Shown here piece by piece: positions 1 through 10,227 of a DNA stretch of 20,000 bases; positions within the stretch are counted from its first letter, which is position 1; the number at the start of each line of letters is the position of its first letter. The translations under genes and the position numbers were made by a program. The notes beneath the pieces were generated by a model. That model was not told the DNA's origin. It saw nothing but the letters and a program-made list of their open reading frames with translations, and searched no databases. Source of the stretch: Rhizaria sp. SCN 62-66. Its lineage: Eukaryota. Location: positions 61,407 through 81,406 of the forward strand of contig MEDY01000236.1 of the NCBI GenBank assembly GCA_001724265.1, read 5' to 3'.

Positions 1-3000
1 GAGCTGCCGGCGCGGTACGGCGACGCTGAGGGCACGGGCGCCGTCGCGATCGCACTCGGCGCAGCGTATCCCGTCACTGGCGTGGGGTTGAAGTTGTTGT
101 AGTTCCCCGCGCCCGCGGTCGATAGCTGCGAGTCGTTGAGCGCGTCCAGGCTGCCGAACCCGCCGTAGCCCGCCGCGGCTGCAGCAGCGGGCGCGGGCGC
201 GGGCACAGCGCTGGCGGCCGGCGGCAGGGTCGCAGCGGGCGCCGTGGACGCGAAGGCCGAGTCCGAGTCCAGAAACGCCGGCTGGCGCTGCGGCCTCTCG
301 GCAGCCACTGCGGCGGCCTCGTCCTCGGCCCACCGCGCGGGCCCGTAGCTGCCGCTCGTGGCCGCGAAGCCGAACGCGGGGTGGCCCGCCGCGGCGCCGG
401 GGCCGAAGCTCGCGGCAAACGTGCTGTGCTGCTGCTGCTGCTGCTGCTACTGCGGTTGGCCGTAGGCAGTGGCGGCGGCGGGGCGCGCGGGGGAGGCGGC
501 GTGGGGTGTGCCGAGAGCGCGGGCGAGCTCGGCGCCGATGTCATCGTCGTCATCGTTCTTGTTGTTGCGCTTGCCGAAGCCGTGGCCGTGACTAGCGTGG
601 ACGTTGTTGAAGTCGCCGCTGTGGCTCGGCGTCGGCGGCTGGTACTGGAACTGCGTTTGTGACTGCTGCTGAGAGAGCTGGCCAGAGAGATGAGCGTTGG
701 CCTCGGCCGCAGCGTAGGCAGCGGCACGCCGCTCCATGGCGCCCGCCAGCCCGCCCGCCTTGGCGCTTGCACCGGCGGCGGGAGCGGGCTGGGCGGCGGC
801 AGGGGTGAACTGGCCGTAACCAATCTGGTGCTGCTGCTGCTGCGGCTGCTGCTGTTGAGGCCTCTGCTGCTGTTGCTGCTTGTTGGCAACGGGAGCGGCG
901 TCAAAGCTGTTAAATATGTCAGACGCGTCATTGTCCTCATCGCCAGCAACAAGAGGTGCAAGCATATGCTGCTGCTGCTGCAGCTGCGGTTGCTTGTGCG
1001 TGTTGGCAGCTGCAGGGCGCTCGTCCCAGTCGTCGAAGGGATCTGCCGTCTCCTCAGTCAAGTGACCGTGGGCAGGGTGATCGTGAGGCAGGCCGAACTG
1101 GTTGTTGTTGCTGTTGTTGCGCGCGTAGCCCGAGACCGTGGCTGTCGACGGCACGGGGCCCGGCGGCAGCAGTGGGGCGCCCACCAGGCCCAGACTGTCG
1201 TCATCACCATCAACGCCCTCGAACTCAGCCTTACCCTCGCGCTCGCGCTCGCGTCCGGGGTAGTTGTAATGATCGCTGTCGAAGTCATCGTCGTCGCGAC
1301 CGTGCGCACCGGTCACAGCCGGAGCCGCAGCAGCAGCAGTGGCAATGTTGGCGTTGGCGTTGGCCTTGGGGTCGTCGACGAGCACGGGCCCGTCCTGCAC
1401 CTCAGCGTCGTTGTCGCCGTAGTCGACGTCGCTCTCGCCCGCGCCGCGCGCGCCCCCCTCCTCCTCGTCGTCGTCAAGCCCGAAGGCGAAGTCGCCCGCG
1501 GCCGCGCCCGGCGGCGGCGGCACGTGCTACGCGACGTCGACGCCGGCGCCCGTCGCGCCCAGCGCAGCCGCCGGGGCCGGCGTCGGGGCCAGGGCCGTGG
1601 GCGGGAGCTCGGACGCAGGCGCAGACACAGGTTCGGGCTGTGCAGCAACAGGCGCAGGCCCAGGCTCAGGCACGGCAGTCGGCGCGGGCTCTTGCTGCTT
1701 CTCAGCACCGGCTGTGGCCGCATCCGCGTTGGGATACGCCGCGGGCACCCTTTCCTTGTTCACGTCACACAGATACTCCTGCTCCTCATCGTAGTCGTCG
1801 TCGTTCTCGACGCCTTCGGCCACGGTCGCGGAGACCTGCGCGCTAGGCGGCAGCGGCGGCGGCGGCAGCATCGCGCCCGCCGCGCGGTCGAAGATGGACA
1901 TCGTGCGCGTCTTTTGCTTTGGCACAAACGCCATCGCAGGCGCCGCAGCCGCACCAGCGCCAGCGCTGTAGCCATGGCCGTGTCCGTGTCCGTGAGCGTG
2001 GCCGGCGACAGTGACGGCCGGAGCGGGCGCGGGGGGAACGGAGAGGCCGCCGCCCGAGGCCGGAAGCGTGAGCGCAGACTTGGGCGGCAGCGGCGGCGGC
2101 ACGCGTGGCGGCGACACTGCACTGGCAGGCTCGCCAGCACCAGCGCCAGCAGCTGTCACAGCAGCGGGCAGGCCCGTCGCCGCCGGGGAGCTGACCGACA
2201 GGCGCGCGTGCAGCGGCGGCGGCGGCAGCGCGGCGTGCCGCGTGGGCAGCGGCACGTCCGCGCTGGGGCTTGGGGGCGCGGCTCCCAGTGAGCGGGCGCA
2301 TTGCCCCAACCCCAGCTCCAGCCCCTGTCCCTGTCCCTGTGCGAGCAGCGACGGCACGCCCTCGTCGTCTTCGCCCTCGGCGCCCGCGGGGCCGAACACG
2401 AGCTGGCCCGGCGCGGGCTGGGCGGGCGCGGCCGGCGCGGCGCCGCGGGCGGGCTTGACGGGCGCGGCGCGGGAGGAGGCCGCCGACGGGTGCAGCGGGG
2501 AAGAGCGCGAAAAGGCACGCTTGCCGGCGCGGTTGGGCGAGGTGCGGGCGCGCGCGTAGTAAATGCGACCGGTGCCGGCGATGAAGAACTTGCCCGTGCT
2601 AGAGGCTGCGGCAGGCGCACCGTCGCTGTGCTGCTGCTGCTGCTGCGCGAGAGAGAGCGCGGGCGGGGACGCGAGCGCGGCGACCCGCATCGCGACCGCC
2701 GGGTCGGTGGCGGCAGCGCCGGGCAGCGACGACGCCGACGATGACGCCGACGAAGACGCGGCGAGCGCGGCCTCGCGGATGCGGGCGCGCGTCAGCGGAC
2801 TGGACAGCGCGGCGCGCGGCGAGCAGAGCTCCGGCCCCGCGGCGTCGGTGCCCGGCCTCGCGGCCGTCAGCAGCGGCGACCGCAGCGAGCTGCCGCCGGT
2901 CGCCGGAGAGCGCGCGTTGGCGACCGGGCTGACGCAGTTCAGCGGGGCGGGCCGCCGCGCGTCGGCCTCGGCCCCCGGCGCCTCCGGGGACGTCACAACA

Positions 3001-3280
3001 ACCGTGGGCAGCGCCGGCGCGGACGCGGAGCCGGGCACCGCGGCGGCGCTGCTGTCCGCATTGCTCTCGCCGCTCGCGGCCTTAGTGTCCGCGGCGGGTG
3101 TGAGGTCGAAGGAGGACAGAACGGAGTCAAGCATGGCCGCGCTGACCGGCGCCAGCATCGCGCACACCGGCGCCGGGCCCTCCGGCACGCGCGGCCGCGG
3201 GCCGGACTGAGGGCTCGCGTGCGGTTGCGGCGAGGCAGCGGCGGCCGCAGCAACAGCTTCTTGATCAGGACGAGCTTGAG

Positions 3281-3312
<32 letters not shown>

Positions 3313-6300
3313 TGTTGCTGCTGCTGCTGCTGCTGCTGTTGACGCTCAACAAGAGAAGCAGCGGCGGGGAGCGCAGTGACGCTGCGCGCCGCGTTCCAGC
3401 GCGCGAGCTCGGCCACCAGGTCGGACGTGGCCCGCGCCGCCTCGGCCGCGGCCGCCTCGCCCGCTCTCGGTTCCGTCGGCCGCCGCACCGGCACTGGCGG
3501 CACCAGGGCCGCGCCGGGAGTCGCGGCAGCGTCGTACTGCTGCTGATGCTGCTGCACCTGCTGATCCTGTGTGAGCGGGGGCGGAACTCTGTAGGGTGAC
3601 GCGGCCGGGGGACCCGACTGGGAATACAGCGCCGCCGCCGCCGCGGCCATGACGGCGGCGTCCTGCGGCAGCACGTAGCCCGTTGCGGCCGGCTGCCCCG
3701 CGCGCGGACCCACCGAAGAGGGCATCAGCGGCGAGTTCCGCAGCAGCGCCACTCTGCCCTCGCCGCCGCGCGTCACTGCGGGCGCGGTGCCCGGAACGGT
3801 GCTCGCAGGGCAATGTGTGGCGGCGACCGAGGCGGGCAGCGGCGCCGTGACAAACGTGTCGCCCACCCACACGCCCACGGGCTTCGCGGCGCTCTGCGGC
3901 TGCGGCAGCTGCACACTCGCTGCTGCCTGCGCCGTCTGAGGCGCCGTTGCGGCGCTGCTGCGGGGCGGGACGGGCGGCGCGGCGGCGGGGCGCGGCGCGT
4001 TGCGACGCAGCTCCTCCAACCGCGCCTCAATCTCGTCGATGCGCGCGCGGTCGGCGTCGCGCAGCGCGGGCGCAGACGGCGTGCCCAGCGCGCCCGCGAA
4101 CGACTGCTGCCGCAGCGCCGGCGACGCCAGCGCGGCCGACAGCACGGCGGCCGCAGCGGCGGCGGACGCGGCCGCGAGCGCGGGGTCCGCGTGCTGCAGC
4201 TCCTGCTGGTATTGTTGCGAGGGCGGCGCAGCGCCGCGCGCGTACGGCGCGGCGGTCATCGCGTTTACGCTGCCGTTAAGGTCGTGCGCGTTCGCCCCGT
4301 TCACCGCGTTGTTGGCGTTGTTGCTGCTGCTCGGGAGCAAAGGGTCCTCGAAAACGAGACGAAACGCAGGCTCGGGGTCCGCGCCGGGCGCCTGCTGCGC
4401 GCGTTGCGGCTTCAGCGGCGTCGGCGCGCGGCCCAGCGCGGGCGGCAAGAACGCGGTCCCCGTCGCCACGTCGTGCGCCAGCGCGGCCGCCGCGGCGGGT
4501 ACCGGCACCGGCGGGGCGACGACCATAGCGGGCGCGGCAGCGGCAGCAGCAGCGGCGGCGGCAGCGGCGGCTGGAGGGGCCTGGGTCGAGAGCGAGGAGC
4601 CGCGGGGGCGCGTTGGCACCGCCGGCGGCGCCGCACCGGCAGCGGCAACGCCCCCCGGCGCGCTGGCCGCGGGAGCGAGGGCAGGCGGTGGCATGACAAC
4701 CTCCGTGGGCGTTTGGAACGTCGCGAAGTTAGGGCTGCCGCCCTGGCTCAGCGCGGCCGCGGGCGCTAAGGGGGCAGCGCCAGGCGCCGCGCCGGGTGCA
4801 GGCGCTTGTTTGCCCTGGCGCTCATCGGCGAGCTTGTCCTGATGTGCGCGCTGCTGCTGCAGCAGAACCTCGCGCTGCTGCGCGCTGTAGGCCACCTCCA
4901 CGGGTGCGGCGCCGGAGAAGGAGTACGCGTAACCGATGTTGCTGCGCTGCGCAGTGGCCACACCGCCCGGGACGTTGCTGCCGCCGCTGCCACTGCCATT
5001 GCCGAGACTGGCGCCCCCCGCGCCTGAGGCAGAGGCGGAGGGTAGCGCGCCCGAGGTGAGAGAGCGCGAGTCGACCCCGAAGGCCACCTCGCGCGCCTCG
5101 CCCCACTGCGCCGCCGCGCTTTGCACCAAGCCCGCGCCGCCGGGTCCGCTGCCGCTGCCGCTGCCGCTGCCGCCGTTGCTATCCGGGGCGCCGGCGGGGG
5201 ACAGGAGGCGCGCGTCGACCGCGGTCCCAGTCTGGAACCACGACGGCTGCGCTCCGGCCCCCGCGCGCGCGTCGGGGGCGCCGAACCCGCCAGTAGGCTG
5301 CCCCGGCTGCTGGTGCTGCGGCAGCGCCGCCGAAGGGTCCGAGCGGCCCGCCCACGCAGCGCTGGCCGCGGCAGCGTTGGCGGCGGCGCTGGGCGGAAGG
5401 CGCGGGTCCGCGGTCTGGCTGTGCACGAGCCCGCTGCCGCCCCAGGAGCCTGTCGCCGACGCCGAGGCCGCCGAGGCCAGGTCGGCCGGGTGCGGGCGCG
5501 CGGTCTCCCGCTCCAGCGGCTGCCCCGCGCCCACGCCCTCCTGGAACACCGCGCGCCCCTTGCCGTCCACTGTCGCCGCGGCGGGCGCAGCTGGCGCGCT
5601 GGGCGCGGGGCGGGAAGCGGGCCCCAGCGCGGCGGGCGAGGGCACTGCACCGGCGTAGCCGGCGTTGTAGCTGCTCAGCGGCGGTACGCCCACGCCCTCA
5701 GCGGCGAGTCCGCTCGCGGTGGTGGCCAGGTGGCCCGAGTGCGGCTGCAGGTACCCGTGGCCCGGCGCCGAGCCCTGCGCAAAGCCTGCCCGCGCAGACG
5801 GCCAGGGGTCTGCCGCCGCGCCAGTCACCGCGGCGGGCGCGGCTGGGCCGCTGGTGCCGCGCGCGGGGAGCTGCGGACCCAGCGCGGTTGCGGTCGCATG
5901 CGCGGCTGGGGGGGCACCGAGATTGGCAGTGGGGTCGGCAGCTGCCGAGACGGGGGCAGAATGGCCAGTGCCTGCCGAGTTGGGCCGGTGCTGCGGCCAC
6001 GCGCTGCCACCGGGGCCCGACACGGGCGCGGCCTCGGCGGTGGGGCCGTCGTCCGCAGCGTCCAAGGCCCACGCGCTCGCCCCGCGCGGCCGTGTCGCTG
6101 CGGCCGAATTAGCAGAGGAGCGGGGGGGCAGGCCGGGTTGGCCAGTGCGCAGAGCGCTGGCGAGGTCAGACTGCGACTGCGGGAACATCTGCTGCTGCTG
6201 CTGGTAGTTGTTATAGAGCACGCTCGCGTTTGAGTGGCTCTGTCCCCGCGTGTGCCCGCTGCCGTACCCGGCGGGACCCTGGGCCTGCGCCTGTGCCTGT

Positions 6301-9272
6301 CCATGTGCGGGCGTGCTGGGGTCCAGGTCGGGGTCCGACATCGCGGGCGTCGGCGGCGACTGCAGCAGCGGGTAGCCCAGCGCGCCAGCGCCAGTGGGCT
6401 TATTATTAGACTGTTGGTGCTAATGCTGCTGTTGGTTGGCCGCGGCGGCGGCGTAGGCGTGCACGCGCGAGGCCGTCGAGAACGCCGGCGACGCAGACGA
6501 CGGCGGCGGCAGCGCCCAGTAGCCCCCCGCCCCGTTGCCCGCCGCCGCGGCCACCGCAGCGGCTGGCGTTGCGGGCTGCGCTTGCGGCGCATGAGTGTGC
6601 TGCTGCTGCTGCTGCTGTGGCTGTTGTGGCTTCGCGGCACCCATGCCTCTATTGCCACCAAAGCTGTTGTGTGCGTTGCCCACGGGTCCGTGGCCATGTC
6701 CGTGGCCGTGGCCGGGGAGGACGATCTCGTGGAGCCCGTCGCCCGAGTCGTCTGGGTCCACCGTCACGGAGCGGTCGCCCGCGCTCGCGCTTGGGCCGCG
6801 CGCGAGCTCCGGGATGCCCTTAAGCGCGGCCGCCATCGCACTCGCTCTCGCGCCGCCTGGGCCGGCGCCGGGCTGCAGCCCGCCGCTGCTGCCATAGCCG
6901 GAGCCGCGGTAGTTGGCGGAGGACTGCGAGGGCAGCGGAGCGTTGAAGGCGACCACTGCGTCGGCGTCGCTGTCGCCAAATCGGTCAAAGTCGCCACTGT
7001 TGTGATGATAGCCGGCGCTGTTCTGCGCAAGCCGTGCATTGACGCCGCCTCCGCCGCCGCTGCTGCTGTTGCTGAGCGTGTAGCCGACGACGCCCGCCGA
7101 CGCGGGCCGCGCACGCACCGGCCCCGCCGCGGTGCCCATCGACGTCACCGTCGTCGCCACACTCTGCTGCTGCTGCTGCTGGCGGTGCGACTGCGAAGAG
7201 GGCACGTACGCAGCGCCTGCGCCGCCCGGCGCCGCACCCCAGGCGGGGAACTCGCGCATGTGCGGGGGCAGCGCGGGCGCGGCGGCGGCGTTGCGTGCGG
7301 CCGAATACGGCGCCGCGCCCCACGCCTCACTGCCCGCGGGGTCGAGCAGCAGCGGCGTCGCGCGCGTGTCTTGGTTTTCGCCCACGTAGCCCTGCGCCGC
7401 ACGGCGCATGTCAGGCCCGGCCGGGATTGCCGTCGCGGCCGCGGACGCAAACCACGGCTGCGCTGGCTGAGCAGCGGGCTGCGGCTGCTGGTACAGCGCG
7501 CTCGGCTGCGACGGCTGCGGCTGCTGCTGTTGCTGCTGTTGCTGTAGCGAGTGCGGGTGGTACTGCGGCTGGACCTGGTTCTGCGCGCTGCTGCTGTTGT
7601 GCGCGTTGCGGGGCGCCGAGGTGGCGGAGACGGCGTCGGCCCACGACACGAGCCCGTCGCCGTCGCCGATAGACGTCACTGTGGCCACCGCGTCGTGGTG
7701 ATGATACGCAGCACCCGTGCCGGTACCCGTGCCGGGACTCGTGCCACTCGCGGCGCCGTGGTTGACGTTGGCGCGCGCGGGCGCGGGGGGCGGTTTGCCA
7801 CTGGCACTCGCGGCGCTTGGGTTTGCAGTCGCAGTCGCGCTCGCGGGCGCAGCAGCAGCAGTCGCGACGGCAGGAGCTGCAGCATCTCTCGCCGAGTTGC
7901 TGCTGCCCGTGCTACTGCCGCTGGCGGCCATGGCCGGCGGCAGCGGCGCGACGTGCCCCGTCATGTTCAGCAGCGGCGGCGTGCGCGCGGCTCTGCCTCC
8001 GCCGCTGCTGGAGCTGCTGCGTGCGCTGCCCCCACTGCCGGGCCGCGCACCGCTGCTGCCGTTGCTGCTGGCGAGCGCGCGCTGGCCCTGGCCCGGCGAG
8101 GCCGCGTCGACGGGTTTGTCGGCCGGCCGCAGCGAGTACGGCGCCGGCTGCAGGAAGTGCGTGCGCAGCCAGCTCGACACAGACGTGGTGCTGTGCGCGA
8201 CGGGCACTTCGCCGGCGGAGGGCACTGCGGCCAAACGGGCCTGCGCCTCGGCGTTGCGCGCGCGCTCCATCTCGAGCTGGCGCGCGCGGGCCTCGGCCGC
8301 GCCGCGCTGGGCCTGCTAGAACGCCACCAGGGAGGGCGCGCGGATGTTTTGCACAGTCTGCGCAAAATATCAAGAATACAAGGGGGATAAGAACGTAAAC
8401 ATACAGAGAATACGTGAGAATACACCGGGTCCACGATGACATGAATTGCAAATCCATCCAGGGAAGCACAACGTACCTGCACATAGAACTGCGCGCGCGT
8501 GAGCGCGTCGACCCAGCCATTGGCGTCCTCCGCGGACTCGGCCCAGAGCACGAGCTCGCGGCCGCCCAGCGCGACGACCGAGGCCGCGCCGCCGGTCTGG
8601 CCCGACATGACGGAGCGCGCGTCGGCGGCCTCGTCGTCGCCGTCGCCGCCCGCGCCGCCCGCCGCGTGCGTGTGCGTGACGCGGATGCAGTGTGCCACAC
8701 CGCGGTACTCGTGCGGCGCCGACACCAACGCCACGGCCGAGAGCGGGATCGCGCGCGTGGGCGCGGCGCCGGGGTCGGGCGCCGCGAGCAGGGCCCAGTC
8801 TCCCGCAACCGTGGCCACAGTCCCGTTGCCCTGCGGGTGCGGCGGCGACGTCGCAGCGCGCGCGGCCGCTGCGGTGGAGTTGGCCTGCGAAGGCGCGCCG
8901 GCGCCAACGGGCGTGGGGACCTGGTACGAGTGCGGCAGCGCGGGCGCGTGCGCGGCCGCGGCGGCGGAGGGCGACGAGGCGTAGGCGAAGGGCTCTAGGC
9001 GGTAGTAGCGCTCGGTGTAAGGCTTGCCGAACAGGTAGGCGAGCTTGCCGGAGGCGGAAGTAGTTGATTTAAATTTCCGCAGCGAGCCGGCATACTGAGG
9101 GAAGGATATACAGATGGGGCTCAGAGCGTGAGAATGAGGGAGCGTGTCATATTGAAGAAAGGGAATGAGCCGGAGCCAAGGAGGTGCCGGCAAAGCGAAG
9201 GAGTCGATGGTTTGAAGGTGAAAAACGTACTAGCGGTGCGCCCTGAGGAGGGGGCATCGCCTGAGAAGCCAT
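1..9272 (-). CDS. Giant PH-domain protein with long intrinsically disordered Ala/Pro/Gln-rich region; join(9272-9231, 9094-8477, 8357-<1); 3'-partial; needs TAG read as a sense codon at 8316-8318, 6420-6422, 1527-1529 and 447-449
   Basis: ATG at 9272 gives MASQAMPPPQGAPL, spliced in phase 0 to YAGSLRKFK...AQFYVQ, then spliced in phase 0 to TVQNIRAPSLVAF*QAQ.... The ORF-track pieces 6420..8270, 1527..6341 and 447..1523 are all in one frame, separated only by single TAG codons. The frame stays open from 446 to base 1 (hand-translated) with the same codon style. Confidence 0.85.
3282..3341 (-). repeat. Coding (CAG/CAA)20 poly-glutamine tract
   Basis: Plus strand ctg/ttg run of 60 nt; translates as ER-Q20-PQ. 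Shorter poly-Q tracts occur near 429-449, 830-885, 6600 and 7520-7545. Confidence 0.95.
8358..8476 (-). other. Intron 2 of PH gene (119 bp, phase 0)
   Basis: Minus strand CAG|GTACGT...ttttgcgCAG; an AT-rich island between two GC-rich exons; removal puts the PH exon in frame with the 8.3-kb exon. Confidence 0.85.
8477..9094 (-). other. Exon 2, encoding a pleckstrin-homology (PH) domain with low-complexity loop insertions
   Basis: PH-like elements appear in order: PL|YAGSLRK (beta1), KPYTERYYRL (beta2), PTRAIPLSAV, HCIRV, and the typical C-terminal ELVLWAESAEDANGWVDAL strand-helix with the conserved Trp. Recognised by eye; no HMM was run. Confidence 0.8.
9095..9230 (-). other. Intron 1 of PH gene (136 bp, phase 0)
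   Basis: Minus strand GTACGT...ccttccctCAG; pyrimidine-rich; removal joins GAPL to YAGSLRK. Confidence 0.8.
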
Positions 9273-10227
9273 TGGCCGGTGCACAACACAGGTGAGTCAA
9301 CTTGAAGCGAGGAGAGTGGGCCAGCCTTTGAAAGCGGGCATGACGATAGGCGAAGAAAGTTAGGTGCGGATTGATGGCGATAAATTATCGAGCAAGAGTC
9401 ATATTTAAAATATATACATCTAAACAAATACGCGGCTTTGATGACAGAGTTAAACTCCCAATTGACGATGAGAATATTGGTTAAATGTGAGCTAAAGAGA
9501 AGCTACTCAGCCCTGACACAATCGAGCCGTTGCAGCCCTCACAAGCTCTTGTTTGACCTGAATAGAAGACGTTGTGAGAGGAGATATCGGTATAATTACA
9601 AAATCATTGCAGATTCACAAGGAAGAAACTTATTCAACTTTATTTTTAGTGACCGTATCTTGATATGCGCATTCTATCGAGCTACATCCACCATAAGCGG
9701 ATGATCATCGACACCACGACTGCTACTCGGACAAGGCGAGGAGGAGAAAGCAATGGCAGAAACAACATCACAACATTGGTAAACACCCAGGCAAAACGCT
9801 GGCATTACAGGGCGTTGTTATAATCGAATAAAAGGCACCCGTTGAGCATAATGCATAAACAACAAACAAAGATACGTAACTAGACACAGGAAAAAGGAAA
9901 AACAGTCACTATCAAGACGATACTTCTGAAAAAAATATGATTCGGAACACAGGAAAGCATTGCAAAATTGATTATTTTGCGATTTCTTTCATTCTCTTGA
10001 CAAGAAAACTGAACAAATGAGGGATAATTGTGATCAGGTTAGGCTGATCAACAGATGACAAGAAAACATATCTTGCGACAAAACATGGTGAATCTTGCAC
10101 CAAAAGTCACATAAAACAAATATGGTATGCAACATCAGCCAGTCTGATATCACATTACAGCGCAGAAAAATACCAACTGAATTAAATTTCGCACAATTCC
10201 TTTCCTGTTTTGTTGCAAACCAACGGT

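Noticed and set aside
447-8270. Treating 447..1523, 1527..6341 and 6420..8270 as three genes or as a pseudogene
   Set aside because: Same frame, no intergenic-like AT-rich gaps, only TAG interruptions, no frameshifts and no TAA/TGA.
74-8998. Many long plus-strand and alternate-frame ORFs (e.g. 690..2291, 6234..7547, 5121..6233)
   Set aside because: Shadow ORFs of a very GC-rich, repeat-rich coding exon; Arg/Leu/Cys-run translations are frame artefacts of CAG/GCN repeats.
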